A DNA stretch of 64,000 nucleotides from Eledone cirrhosa (GCA_964016885.1 OZ024766.1:8680001-8744000), one strand, 5' to 3'; counted from the first letter of the stretch, positions 40,722-57,935 are shown. A program made the numbers and translations. Notes: a model not told the origin generated them from the letters alone.

Positions 40722-40992
40722 ACTACCCTAAGTATTGAGTACTCTGGTGCGTTATGGTCCATTCAGTGAATCCATACGTACATATATATATGTGTGCATG
40801 TATGTATATATATATATACATACATACTACTGTACGTCTGTATACATATATGTATGTACGTATGCATACTTATATATATATATATATATATATATATGTA
40901 GGAGGTGAGTTTATTGTAGTACAATAAAGCAATGCAGATATCGGATAAGAAGCACTCTACAGTTTGTAGGACTGGAGTATACATAATATATA

Positions 40993-41045
<53 letters not shown>

Positions 41046-41099
41046 ATTTAAAAACTGCACTATCCACAAGTGTTTTTTAACCTTCATATCATGTCTCCC

Positions 41100-41170
41100 T
41101 ATTTTATCTGACGAAAACGCAAATGTCATAGCATGATGATATTTGTTTTTGAAATGCGCATAATAAAATA
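41100..41170 (+). ncRNA. Type I hammerhead ribozyme motif with palindromic helix III
   Basis: Stem I TATTTTAT/ATAAAATA (8 bp); CTGACGA; long stem II AAACGCAAATGTCA/TGATATTTGTTTTT; GAAA; ATGCGCAT palindrome; UH = TA. Confidence 0.8.
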
Positions 41171-41206
41171 CATGGAACTCATTTAACCATCTTTTGATCT
41201 TATATA

Positions 41207-41957
41207 TCCCAAAAGTCAGCTCAAAAGTGACACAGAGGAGACTGAGGTTGGCTGGGACATGCTCACCGACATCCAGAGTTGACACTGCACTCAGTGCTCC
41301 TGTGGAGCCCCTACATGGACACACTAGGTTAGCTGGACATGCTCACTGACATCCAGAGTTGACACTGCACTCAGTGCTCCTGTGGGAGCCCCTACGTGGA
41401 CACACTAGGTTAGCTGGACATGCTCACCGACATCCAGAGTTGACACTGCACTCAGTACTCCTGTGGGAGCCCCTACATGGACACACTAGGTTAGCTGGAC
41501 ATGCTCACCGACATCCAGAGTTGACACTGCACTCAGTGCTCCTGTGGGAGCCCCTACATGGACACACTAGGTTAGCTGGACATGCTCACCGACATCCAGA
41601 GTTGACACTGCACTCAGTGCTCCTGTGGGAGTCCCTACATGGAGGAGACTGAGGTTAGCTGGACATGCTCACCGACATCCAGAGTTGACACTGCACTCAG
41701 TGCTCCTGTGGGAGCCCCTACATGGACACACTGGGTTAGCTGGACATGCTCACCGACATCCAGAGTTGACACTGCACTCAGTGCTCCTGTGGAGCCCCTA
41801 CATGGACACACTAGAAGAGGTAGACCAAGGTTAACATATGTTGATGCCCTAAGGACAGACACTGGTCTGTTGGAGATGCAGGATATGGCAGCGATAATGA
41901 GGGACAGAGCCCGCTGGAGAGAACTCGTCCATGGATCTCGGGAATTTTACCCGCCTT

Positions 41958-41959
<2 letters not shown>
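41207..41959 (+). mobile_element. RTE 3' fragment with the ~81-bp unit repeated about 7 times
   Basis: [27 protein letters not shown] repeats followed by RGRPRLTYVDAL...EFYPP* and (TA)n. Confidence 0.9.
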
Positions 41960-42025
<66 letters not shown>

Positions 42026-42209
42026 GAAAAAGTGAGTCCTCATCAGTGACCCTCCAACCGTCCTCGGCATTTCATCGCTTTAAGGGCCATATATATATAT
42101 ATATATATAATATATGTGTGTTGTGTGTGTGTGTGTATATATATGATGTAAACAGTTCTCAGGTAAACAAATCTGTTTTAATGACGACAGAACACGTGAC
42201 CATCCTTAC

Positions 42210-42262
42210 AGAATGTCATTGCCATCTTGATAACGCAGTAACTGTTGTTTGATGTTGTACAG
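42210..42262 (-). CDS. Candidate internal exon ([18 protein letters not shown])
   Basis: atacag acceptor (weak tract) and GTAAGG donor; phase 0 in, phase 2 out. Confidence 0.28.
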
Positions 42263-42314
<52 letters not shown>

Positions 42315-42417
42315 ATATATATGTATATATGTATATATATATATATATGTATGTATATATATATATATGTATGTATATATATATGTATATATGTATATAT
42401 ATATGTATATATCTATA

Positions 42418-42481
<64 letters not shown>

Positions 42482-42482
42482 C

Positions 42483-42520
<38 letters not shown>

Positions 42521-42747
42521 GTATATATATATATACATACATATATATATATATACACACACGTATATGTGTTACGTAACTGAGTCAGCTATTCAGGTCA
42601 AGGAACACCACACACACACACATATATATATACATATATATATATATATACACATACACACACATACATATATATATATATACACACACATATATTTATA
42701 TGTACACACACATATATATATATACATATATATATACACACACACAC

Positions 42748-42778
<31 letters not shown>

Positions 42779-42797
42779 TATATATATACATACACAC

Positions 42798-42854
<57 letters not shown>

Positions 42855-43095
42855 CATACACACGTATATATATATATATATATATACATACACACATATA
42901 TATATATTCATACACACGTATATATATATATTCATACACACGTATATATATACATACACACACGTATATATATACATACACACACACGTACATATATATA
43001 CATAGATACAAACATACATACACACACACACATATATATACACACACACACACGTATATATATACATACACACGTATATATATATACATACACAC

Positions 43096-43129
<34 letters not shown>

Positions 43130-43357
43130 ATATATATACACACACACATTCATACATACACACACACGTATATATATATATATACACACGTATATATATA
43201 TACACACACACATTCATACATACACACACACGTATATATATATATATACACACGTATATATATATACACACACACATTCATACATACACACACACGTATA
43301 TATATATATATATACACACGTATATATATATACACACACACATTCATACATACACAC

Positions 43358-43391
<34 letters not shown>

Positions 43392-43914
43392 ATATATATA
43401 CACACACACATTCATACATACACACACACGTATATATATATATATACACACGTATATATATATACACACACACATTCATACATACACACACACGTATATA
43501 TATATATATACACACGTATATATATATACACACACACATTCATACATACACACACACGTATATATATATATATACACACGTATATATATACACACACACA
43601 TTCATACATACACACACACGTATATATATATATATACACACGTATATATATATACACACACACATTCATACATACACACACAAGGTGTTATTTATCTGAC
43701 AGTTGTGTATATATATTAAATATAAACACCTGCAAATATCCGAACTATACACATACCAAAGAGGAAAAAGCTGACGACTATACAATGCGGGTACCCTGGC
43801 CGAACAGGGTGACCGCTGCCCTTAAGTCAACTAGGATCAGGGCTGGTTTTAAACCTTTTGGTCACCCCCGGAGCACTTGAGATTTACATATCTTATACCG
43901 CTCTAAGGTCTGAG

Positions 43915-45361
<1,447 letters not shown>

Positions 45362-45370
45362 TGTATATAC

Positions 45371-45409
<39 letters not shown>

Positions 45410-45415
45410 CATATA

Positions 45416-45551
<136 letters not shown>

Positions 45552-45556
45552 TATAC

Positions 45557-45704
<148 letters not shown>

Positions 45705-45710
45705 GTACAT

Positions 45711-45844
<134 letters not shown>

Positions 45845-46029
45845 CCTTCGTATTCAATACCCGTATATATAAGGTTTCAATTCCAATTATTAGAGAGAGA
45901 ATTAGAATTTACCTTTCGAGCATAGTTGCCTATAGATATGTATTGGAATTTCGTATTTCTAAAGAAATACGGTATGTTTATAGATAAACATTTCGAAAGC
46001 TGTAGTTATGTAAAATCGCCAGCGGCTAT

Positions 46030-46044
46030 CGCCACCTGGTGGCG
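46030..46044. promoter_or_regulatory. CTCF-like motif / short palindrome
   Basis: CGCCACCTGGTGGCG matches the CTCF core consensus in otherwise AT-rich DNA. Motif match only. Confidence 0.3.
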
Positions 46045-46118
46045 TCTAGCAGAGGCAAGGGGAACAATCGTAGATAAAAGTATATATAAACCTGTAGAGC
46101 AAATATCTACTATTGGCA

Positions 46119-46165
46119 CAGAAGATCCCGTCAAAGGGTGAAAGCAGAAATTATTTGCTTAAACT
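46119..46165 (+). ncRNA. Hammerhead-like motif, CAGAAGA-core family
   Basis: CAGAAGA-T-CCC-GTCAAA-GGG-T-GAAA-GCA...TGC-TT-AAAC. Confidence 0.45.
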
Positions 46166-46338
46166 TTAATGTGTGTGGGGGGGGTCTGTGTGTGTGTCTG
46201 TGGGGGGGGGTCTGTCTATGTGTGTGTGTGTGTGTCTGTGTCTGTGGGTGGGTGTCTGTCTATGTGTGTGTGTGTGTGTGGATGTGGGTGGGTTTCTGTC
46301 TGTGTGGGTGGGTGTCTGTCTATGTGTGTGTGTGTGTG

Positions 46339-46380
<42 letters not shown>

Positions 46381-46543
46381 TGTCTATGTGTGTGTGTGTG
46401 TGTGTGGCAGACGGACAGTCAGACAGATAGAAAAATTAATTGATCTTGCTCAACATACTTCGATCTGTTTGAAATAAGCCAGTAAGCAAATCGAATTCGT
46501 GTGAAATCATTATCGATGTGTTTTTTAACGATAGGTAAATAAA

Positions 46544-46615
<72 letters not shown>

Positions 46616-46791
46616 TTTATGTATGTATATGTGTATATATACGTTTGTGTATGTATGTATGTCTATGTATATATATATATATATATATATATAAATATAT
46701 AATATATATATACAGAGATGCTATATAAATATACATGTATAAAAGTATACATACAAACAACTATATGCACACATATATATATATATATATG

Positions 46792-46858
<67 letters not shown>

Positions 46859-46885
46859 GCATTACAAATATATATATATATACAG

Positions 46886-46920
<35 letters not shown>

Positions 46921-47026
46921 TTTGTAATGCATATATATACGTATATATATATATATATAGCTGTATATATATATATATATAGCTGCATATATATATAGCT
47001 GTATATATATATATATATATATACAG

Positions 47027-47073
<47 letters not shown>

Positions 47074-47340
47074 CATACACAGATATATATATATAGCTGT
47101 TTGTATGGAGTTATTTACTTGCCGTTCAAAACCACATTATTGGAACCACCGAAAGAATTCGATTTGCTTACTCGCTTATTTGATACAGATCAATATCTAT
47201 AGACCACAATCAATTAGTCTGCCTGTGTATCAGTCTGTCTGTGTTAATATATCAATAGTTTATTGGGAATCACTTCATATGTAGGCCACAAACTCAGCTT
47301 CATTTGACCGCGGATAAAATACACCTTTCTCTTTAATTAA

Positions 47341-47520
47341 TTGTTTCTACTTTAGGCACAAGGCCAACAATTACCCAGTGCATTACTGGTACTTTATTTT
47401 ATCGACCCCGTAAGGATGAAAGGCAAAGTCAACCTCGGCGGGATTTGAACTCAGATCGTAAAGGGACGTAACTATGCTGGAAAGCATGGTGTCCGACCCT
47501 CTACTGATACTGCCAATCCA
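47341..47520 (-). mobile_element. tRNA-derived SINE (Meta/MESC-like domain), near full length
   Basis: Reverse strand TGGCAGTATCAG A-box, GAGTTCAAATCCC B-box and the central domain. Confidence 0.82.
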
Positions 47521-47647
47521 CATTAAACACGGGAAGGCTTCGCTGGATCGTTAATCCCGATTTGCCTGTGACAACGTATTGCCGACTCTTAAAGCCATGG
47601 ATTTAGCACACACAGACACACACACACGCACACACACGCACACACAC

Positions 47648-47741
<94 letters not shown>

Positions 47742-47837
47742 GTATATATGTGAAGACTAAAATCCGAAGAGGGCTCGATAAGGATAATATATATATGTGA
47801 GAAAAACCACAGACCCTCCATCTCAATCTCAACTCAC

Positions 47838-47856
47838 CTTTTGAAAAGCAGGAGAA
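47838..47856 (-). CDS. Candidate 19-nt microexon (SPAFQK)
   Basis: ttcctttaccggtttcgcag acceptor and a perfect AAG|GTGAGT donor. Confidence 0.3.
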
Positions 47857-48103
47857 CTGCGAAACCGGTAAAGGAACCAAATAAATATATATATTTTTTT
47901 TTTAAATAAGACTCCAGTTGCATTTTCGTCTTTTTTCATCTTTTTTTCTATATATATATATATATATGCAAAAGTTTTATTTAAGATTGTTGGGTTACAG
48001 CGAGTAAATATTTTATAACTGATATAAAGCACTCAACAAGTTTTGAAATAAATATGGTTTTATAAATATAGTTTCCATTTGTTTAATATCGTATATATAT
48101 ATA

Positions 48104-48156
<53 letters not shown>

Positions 48157-48251
48157 CCAAAATTAAGATAAATCAAATGAATTTAATCTAAAATTATGGG
48201 TGTCATGCCTGTGATTATTCATGTTTATTTATATGTTAATCAATCTCTAGT

Positions 48252-48300
<49 letters not shown>

Positions 48301-48327
48301 AATATATAAAACCATAGAGCAACTATT

Positions 48328-48454
48328 TATTAAAATAACAGATTAAAGTTTAAGCAAAGAATCACTGCTTTCACACTTAACGGGATCTTCTGAGTTTCAG
48401 AAAATCCCGTTAAGTGTGAAAGCAGTAATTCCTTGCTTAAACTTTAATCTTTTA

Positions 48455-48462
<8 letters not shown>
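48328..48462. repeat. Head-to-head inverted pair of CAGAAGA-family hammerhead-like motifs
   Basis: TATTAAAATAACAGATTAAAGTTTAAGCAA...GGATCTTCTGA followed by TCAGAAAATCCCG...TTGCTTAAACTTTAATCTTTTATTTTAATA. Confidence 0.8.
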
Positions 48463-48498
<36 letters not shown>

Positions 48499-48684
48499 GT
48501 CTGATAGTATACAGTTATATAACTGCTATAGATCAGACAAGATGTCAATATGATCAACCTTCGAAACGATCGTAAAGCAATGATATGAATAGGGAAAATA
48601 ACTTGACTTTGTCGTTATTTTCATTGTTAATTTGATACCTAATATTTATAAACATATATCTGTTTCATCTCTCTCTCAATCTCG

Positions 48685-48769
<85 letters not shown>

Positions 48770-48795
48770 AAAATATATATATATATATATATATA

Positions 48796-49306
48796 CAGCT
48801 CAAAAGTAAGCTCAAAAGTGACACGGAGGAGACTGAGGTTAGCTGGACATGCTCACCGACATCCAGAGTTGACACTGCACTCAATGCTCCTGTGGGAGCC
48901 CCTACATGGACACACTAGGTTAGCTGGACATGCTCACCGACATCCAGAGTTGACACTGCACTCAGTGCTCCTGTGGGAGCCCCTACATGGACACACTAGG
49001 TTAGCTGGACATGCTCACCGACATCCAGAGTTGACACTGCACTCAGTGCTCCTGTGGGAGCCCCTACATGGACACACTAGGTTAGCTGGACATGCTCACA
49101 GACATCCAGAGTTGACACTGCACTCAGTGCTCCTGTGGGAGCCCCTACATGGACACACTGGAAGAGGAAGACCAAGGTTGACGTATGTTGATGCCCTAAG
49201 GACAGACACTGGTCTGTTGGAGACGCAGGACATGGCAGCGATAATGAGGGACAGAGACCGGTGGAGAGAACTCGTCCATGGATGTCGGGAATTTTACCCG
49301 CCTTAG
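48796..49306 (+). mobile_element. RTE 3' fragment with four 81-bp units
   Basis: ORF 48818-49306; flanked by (TA)n. Confidence 0.9.
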
Positions 49307-49366
49307 ATATATAATATATGTATATATTACTCTTTTACCTGCTCCAGCCATCCGGGGCACCGCCCT

Positions 49367-49478
<112 letters not shown>

Positions 49479-49577
49479 GGAGATGTCAACATGAATGGAC
49501 CTGTTATTTTTATCTAAAGACATTTTTTTCCGATTCCACCCCGCCCGTCCCCTCAATCTATTTTATTTCTCATCGTT

Positions 49578-49613
49578 TCTTCTGATGAAGGACTAGCGTC
49601 CGAAACGTTAAGA
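49578..49613 (+). ncRNA. Minimal type I hammerhead ribozyme motif
   Basis: TCTT-CTGATGA-A-GGAC-TAGC-GTCC-GAAA-CG-TT-AAGA with the AACGTT palindrome in place of helix III. The host element ~49475-49700 lies between (TA)n tracts. Confidence 0.75.
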
Positions 49614-49693
49614 CCCTCTTCCTGCTATATCAAGCGTTAACCTAATATATCCCTTCCATATACTGTTCCGATTGTGTTGTTATATCTGTCTAC

Positions 49694-49748
<55 letters not shown>

Positions 49749-49753
49749 TAGCA

Positions 49754-49797
49754 AGGATTTCCTGATGATTTCCTTCGAATGAAACAGTTCTAGTCCT
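49754..49797 (+). ncRNA. Minimal hammerhead-like motif
   Basis: AGGATTTC-CTGATGA-T-TTC-CTTC-GAA-T-GAAA-CAGT-TC-TAGTCCT; stem I is imperfect. Confidence 0.55.
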
Positions 49798-49898
49798 GTA
49801 GAAGCCACTTCAATAATAAATATTGTTGTATAGTCTCTACTAATGTATTGTGTACCTTACTTACTGTGGTTACCTCCGATTGAACCCGGAATAAACAG

Positions 49899-49983
<85 letters not shown>

Positions 49984-50112
49984 TATATATATACACACAC
50001 ACACACATATATATACACACACACACATATATATATACACACACACACACACATATATATATATACACACACACATATATATATATACACACACACACAC
50101 ATATATATATAT

Positions 50113-50197
<85 letters not shown>

Positions 50198-50348
50198 TAT
50201 ATATATACACACACACACACACACATATATATACACACACACACATATATATATACACACACACACACACACATATATATACACACACACATATATATAT
50301 ACACACACACATATATATATATATACACACACACACATATATATATAT

Positions 50349-50457
<109 letters not shown>

Positions 50458-50479
50458 TATATATATACACACACACACG

Positions 50480-50523
<44 letters not shown>

Positions 50524-50604
50524 CACACACACATATATATATATATACACACACACACACATATATATATATACACACACACATTATATATATACACACA
50601 CACA

Positions 50605-50652
<48 letters not shown>

Positions 50653-50661
50653 CACACACAC

Positions 50662-50742
<81 letters not shown>

Positions 50743-50751
50743 CACACACAC

Positions 50752-50819
<68 letters not shown>

Positions 50820-50899
50820 GTATATATATATTTATATATACACACACACACACATATATATATACACACACACACACACATATATATATACACACACAC

Positions 50900-50939
<40 letters not shown>

Positions 50940-50950
50940 ATATATATATA

Positions 50951-51148
50951 TAACGAAGGAAATGTGGTAAGGAACCAGGTGGACCATAACGCACCAAAGT
51001 ACTCAATACTTAGGGTAGTAGAGTGGGTAATAGGAACAAGTAGGACCCCGACGGCTGAGCTCAAGCCGTTTCGACGGCTAATTCTGTACTCAAGTACAGA
51101 ATTAGCCGTCGAAACGGCTTGAGCTCAGCCGTCGGGGTCTTACTTGTT

Positions 51149-51152
<4 letters not shown>
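50951..51152. mobile_element. Hairpin-ended non-autonomous element in (TA)n
   Basis: Unique arm TAACGAAGGAAATGTGG... followed by a ~60-bp near-perfect stem closing a TCAA loop. Confidence 0.87.
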
Positions 51153-51191
<39 letters not shown>

Positions 51192-51375
51192 CGTTTCTGA
51201 ATTTGTTTAGCAAGATTCTTTATCTGAAATCGTGTGTTGAAACATTATTCGCAAGATGACCCTCCCTAAGTATAACAATATATATATATATATATATACA
51301 CCTATGTGTGTATATATATGTGACGTCAGAAAATCCATTATGCATACATCACTCACCCATCACACACTCTCTCTT

Positions 51376-51423
<48 letters not shown>

Positions 51424-51492
51424 TATACATATATATATATACATATATATATACATATATATACATATATATATATACATATATATATATAC

Positions 51493-51571
<79 letters not shown>

Positions 51572-51572
51572 C

Positions 51573-51885
<313 letters not shown>

Positions 51886-51931
51886 CATATATATTCATAC
51901 ATATATATATATACATATATATATTCATATA

Positions 51932-52112
<181 letters not shown>

Positions 52113-52212
52113 GTACGCCCCACCGCCACCATCAGTTCCTGTTGGTACTTCCCTTCCATTGTCATGGTTCTATAACCGTTGTTTGTGGCATCAATTGATA
52201 TATATATATGTG

Positions 52213-52316
<104 letters not shown>

Positions 52317-52429
52317 ATATATATCTATATATGTATGTATATATATATATATATATATACATACATATAAATATATATATATATATATATAGATATATAT
52401 ACACACACACACATATATATATATGTATA

Positions 52430-52486
<57 letters not shown>

Positions 52487-52493
52487 ATATGTG

Positions 52494-52580
<87 letters not shown>

Positions 52581-52729
52581 GTATATATATATACATATGT
52601 GTGTGTTTATATTATGTTTGTTCTCCAAACATAATCAGTCTCACTCTGGGAGTAATATTACATTTTCGATCAGAAATTGATATATCGATTATTGCACACA
52701 CACCCTCCCCCTCCCCCCTCACTCTCAAT

Positions 52730-52790
<61 letters not shown>

Positions 52791-53059
52791 TCTCTCTCTC
52801 TCTCTCTGTTTAGTAAACCACATCCGACTCTGCTCTCCCGGATCGATGGTTTCCCTGTCAGATCGAACTTCTACGGTCTTTACTGATGGAATTCCCCCCC
52901 TCTCTCTCTCTTTCTCTCTCTCTATCTATCTATCTATCTATCTCTTTATCTCTCTCTCCCTCTCCATCTCTCTCTATCTCTCTCTCTTTCTCTCTCAAGT
53001 TATTTGTTTCACTGTCTCTTTCTCTATTTTGGGGAGCGGGGAAAGTCGATTAAATCTAC

Positions 53060-53210
53060 CCCAGTATATTACTGGTACTTTATTTTATCGACCCCGTAAG
53101 GATGAAAGGCAAAGTTCACCTCGGTGGGATTTGAACTCAGATTGTAAAGGGTCGTAACTCTGTGCTGCAAAGCATGGCATCCGACCCTCTGCCGATACTG
53201 TCAATCCACC
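53060..53210 (-). mobile_element. tRNA-derived SINE copy
   Basis: Same family as 47341. Confidence 0.78.
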
Positions 53211-53339
53211 GCAAAAACATTACAGACGGTACAGGACGGTACGATGTGGGTTTTGTACGTGTAAAGATTTTTATTATTTATATAAGAAAAGAAAAAGAAA
53301 AAGACAGAAACATATATATATGTATATATATATATAAAC

Positions 53340-53619
53340 AATAAAAATGAAAATTCAGACAATTAAAAATTCCCCAGTAGGGGGGGAAACCTCCAAGGGT
53401 TACTCGTGGCGAAAACCACACAAAAGACCACGGCCACCCTGACCACCAGGGCAAGCGCCCTCTCTCAATTTTTCCATTTCTCAAACTACAGACGTATATT
53501 CAGAGCGGTCCCGTTCACTGGGACCATTCTCGCTACATTCACCCACCTTTCAACAAACTTGCTAGAGGGCACCACTTGCCTCTCCACCCCGATTTCCCTC
53601 TTCAAGTGAAACTTGAAAA

Positions 53620-53622
<3 letters not shown>
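53340..53622 (-). mobile_element. Probable L1/Tx1-like LINE 3' end
   Basis: Minus strand FFKFHLKREIGVERQVVPSSKFVERWVNVARM...* followed by a T-rich UTR. Clade assignment is from recalled resemblance only. Confidence 0.45.
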
Positions 53623-53674
<52 letters not shown>

Positions 53675-53676
<2 letters not shown>

Positions 53677-54232
53677 GATAGAAATTGGAAAAATGTGGAA
53701 ATTGAGACTAAAACAATACCACTGGTTGTAGGCGCTCTAGGAATGATACCTCAGGGGTCTAATGATTACTTATCCCAAATCCCAGGAAACCCGCGTATAG
53801 CAGAAATACAAAAGATAGTACTAATGGGAACTGGCCATATACTAAGGAAGATTCTGTCAATATAAGTACATCACAAGTCTAAACACCTAAAGATACATGT
53901 ATGTGTGTATGTGTTCCTTCTTGAACATGGTGGACCTTGTTGTCTCTTGCGGTCACTGGTTGTATCTTGGTGGTAACTCGTATGACCATAAAGCAAGATA
54001 AATTGAATGACAATAATAATAATAGAATACAAAAGATAGTACTAATGGGAACTGGCCATATACTAAGGAAGGTTCTGTCAATATAAATACATCACAAGTC
54101 TAAACACCTAAAGATGCATGTATGTGTGTATGTGTTCTTTCTTGAACATGGCGGACCATGTTGTCTCTTGGGGTGACTGGTTGTGTCTTGGTGATAACTC
54201 GTATGAACATAAAGCAAGATAAATGAAACTGT
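53675..54232 (+). mobile_element. Dong/R4-type retrotransposon 3' end in (TAA)n, with a second shorter copy (54025-54232)
   Basis: EIGKMW...TKTIPLVVGALGMIP...EIQKIVLMGTGHILRKILSI* is the R4/Dong endonuclease C-terminus; both copies are bounded by TAA repeats. Confidence 0.8.
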
Positions 54233-54250
54233 AATAATAATAATAATAAT

Positions 54251-54576
54251 TGTTTCTACTTTAGGCACAAGGCCTGCAATTACCCCAGTGCATTACTGGT
54301 ACTTTATTTTATCGACCCCGTAAGGATGAAAGGCAAAGTCAACCTCGGCGGGATTTGAACTCAGATCGTAAAGATATATAATAATAATAGTTTCTACTTT
54401 AGGCACAAGGCCAGCAATTACCCAGTACATTACTGGTACTTTATTTTATCGAGCCCGTATGGATGAAAGGCAAAGTTAACCTCGGCGGCATTTGAACTCA
54501 GACCATAAAGGGACGTAACTCTATGCGTCAAAGCATGGCGTCCGACCCTCTACCGATACTGCCAATCCGCCGCCAT
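54251..54576 (-). mobile_element. Two adjacent tRNA-derived SINE copies (54251-54375 truncated, 54390-54576 full)
   Basis: Reverse strand GGCGGCGGATTGGCAGTATCGG...GAGTTCAAATGCC...central domain...(ATT)n. Confidence 0.82.
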
Positions 54577-54729
54577 TTATAATAATAATAATTGTGGAGA
54601 TAGCCTCGGGGGAGTATTGAACCTGTAAAGAAGTTTAATACGAAAATAATTTAATGAGGAGATGAGACTGTCTGTCTTGAGATATCGTGTAAGCCTGAAG
54701 ATCTTGTTGAGGTTTATAGTAGTCTGTGA

Positions 54730-57625
54730 CTAGCACCACTACCATACCACCTCCATACCACTACCATACCACCTCCATACCACTACCATACCACCACAAC
54801 CTCCATACCACCATCATATCGTTACCACTACCACCACCACCATATCGTTACCAGTACCACCACCACCATAGTACTACCAAACCGCTACCGCCTACACCTC
54901 AACCATTATACCACCACCACTACCACCTCCATACCACCACCATATCGTTACCACTACCACCACCACCATATCGTTACCACTACCACCACCACCATAGTAC
55001 TACCAAACCGCTACCGCCTACACCTCAACCATTATACCACCACCACTACCACCTCCATACCACCACCATACCACCTCCGTTACCACTACTAGTAGTCTGT
55101 GGCTAGCACCACCTCCATACCACCACCACAACCACCTCCATACCACCACCACAACCACCTCCATACCACCACCATACCACCTCCACCATATCGTTACCAC
55201 TACCACCACCACCATAGTACTACCAAACCGCTACCTCCTACAGTACAACCACCATACCACCACCACTACCACCTCCATACCACCTCCACCATATCGTTAC
55301 CACTACCACCACCACCATAGTACTACCAAACCGCTACCTCCTACAGTACAACCACCATACCACCACCACTACCACCTCCATACCACCACCACCATATCGT
55401 TACCACTACCACCACCACCATAGTACTACCAAACCGCTACCTCCTACAGTACAACCACCATACCACCACCACTACCACCTCCATACCACCTCCACCATAT
55501 CGTTACCACTACCACCACCACCATAGTACTACCAAACCGCTACCTCCTACAGTACAACCACCATACCACCACCACTACCACCTCCATACCACCTCCACCA
55601 TATCGTTACCACTACCACCACCACCATAGTACTACCAAACCGCTACCTCCTACAGTACAACCACCATACCACCACCACTACCACCTCCATACCACCACTA
55701 CCATATCGTTACCACTACACCACCACCATAGTTCTATCAAACCGCTACCGCCTACACTACAACCACCATACCACCACCACTACCACCTCCATACCACCAC
55801 AGCCTCCATACCACCACCACTACCACCTCCATACCACCACCATACCACCTCCACATATCGTTACCACTACCACCACCACCATAGTACTACCAAACCGCTA
55901 CCGCCTACACTACAACCACCATACCACCACCACTACCACCTCCATACCACCACAGCCTCCATACCACCACCACTACCACCTCCATACCACCACCATACCA
56001 CCTCCACCATATCGTTACCACTACCACCACCACCATAGTACTACCAAACCGCTACCTCCTACAGTACAACCACCATACCACACCACTTACCACCTCCCAT
56101 ACCACCTCCACCATATCGTTACCACTACCACCACCACCATAGTACTACCAAACCGCTACCTCCTACAGTACAACCACCATACCACCACCACTACCACCTC
56201 CATACCACCTCCACCATATCGTTACCACTACCACCACCACCATAGTTCTATCAAACCGCTACCGCCTACACTACAACCACCATACCACCACCACTACCAC
56301 CTCCATACCACAACAGCCTCCATACCACCACCACTACCACCTCCATACCACCACCATACCACCTCCACCATATCGTTACCACTACCACCACCACCATAGT
56401 ACTACCAAACCGCTACCTCCTACACTACAACCACCATACCACCCCCATACCACCACCACCACCATACCGTTATCACTACTACCACCAACACCATTGTACT
56501 ACCACACCGCTACCGCTACAACCACCATACCACTACCACCACCACCACCATATTACTGTTACCATACGACTACCACTACCACCACCATAGTACTACTACA
56601 CCACCACCACCAACAAGACCACCACCAACACCACCAACAACAACACCACCACCACCATCACCACCACCAACACCAACACCACCACTACCAACAACACCAC
56701 CAACAACAACAACACCAACACCACCTCCACCACCAACATCACCACCACCATCTCCACCACTACCACCTTTACCACCACCATCACTACCACAACACCACCA
56801 CCAACACCACCACCACCACTACCAACAACAACACCAACACCACCTACACCAACAACAACAACACCACCACCAACAACACCACCACCACCACCACCAACAC
56901 CACCACCAACAACACCACCACCACCAACAACACCACCACCACTACCAACAACACCACCACCACCACCACCAACACCATCACCACCACCATCACTACCACC
57001 AACACCACCACCACCACCACCACCAACAACACCACCACCGCCAACAACTACAACACCACCACCACCAACACCACCAACACCACCACCACCAACAACACCA
57101 TCATCACCACCATCACTACCACCAACACAACCACCACCACCAACACCACCACCACCACCACCACCAACAACAACAACACCACCACCACCACCACCAACAA
57201 CACCACCACCACTACCAACAACACCACCACCACCAACACCATCACCACCACCAACAACACCACCACCAACACCACCACCAACAACAACAACAACAACAAC
57301 AGCACCACCAACACCACCAACACCAACAACTACAACCACCAACACCATCACCACCACCACCAACAACACCACCACCAACAACACCACCACCACCAACAAC
57401 ACCACCACCATCACCACCACCACCAACAACACCACCACCAACAACACCATCACCATCACCAACACCACCACCAACACCACCAACAACAACAACAACAACT
57501 ACAACACCACCACCAACACCACCAACACCAACAACTACAACCACCACCAACATCACCAACACCACCAACAACACCACCACCAACACCACCAACACCACCA
57601 CCAACAACAACAACAACAACAGCAG
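54730..57625. repeat. CAC/TAC-rich minisatellite (~85-140 bp units with CATATCGTTAC and AGTACTACCAAACCGCTAC anchors) grading into (CAC/CAA)n
   Basis: Direct inspection. Confidence 0.9.
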
Positions 57626-57752
57626 CATATATCTTTGACAAACCATTTCTGCCAACCGGAAGAAGTGGATGTCTTCAGACGGCAATGATTTAAGCGGCAA
57701 TCTCCAATCCTTGGTAAGCAGATCTCCTGGCTCAGCAACCTCGGCTACTTAC

Positions 57753-57925
57753 GCCCTCTGTCGGTGACGGCGGTGAGATTGCTCTCGTCTTTTGTTTCGG
57801 GGTTTCGGATTAGATGTAGTCGGTCTGTTAAAGGGTTGCTGGGAGGCGACGGCGGGGTCTGCGGCGAAGGTATTGGGGGAGCGGGGTTTAACTGTGAATA
57901 AATGTAGTGACGATCTGGAGGGAGT
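57753..57925 (-). CDS. Candidate exon in a CpG-rich unique island ([17 protein letters not shown]...[11 protein letters not shown])
   Basis: actttccag acceptor and GTAAGT donor. Two frames are open; one is phase-compatible with the 47856 microexon. Could equally be UTR or promoter. Confidence 0.25.
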
Positions 57926-57935
57926 CTGGAAAGTT

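Noticed and set aside
57644-57750. Exon ending DIHFFRLAEM at a GTTTGT donor
   Set aside because: An in-frame TAA at ~57751 separates it from the upstream open region, and the donor is weak.
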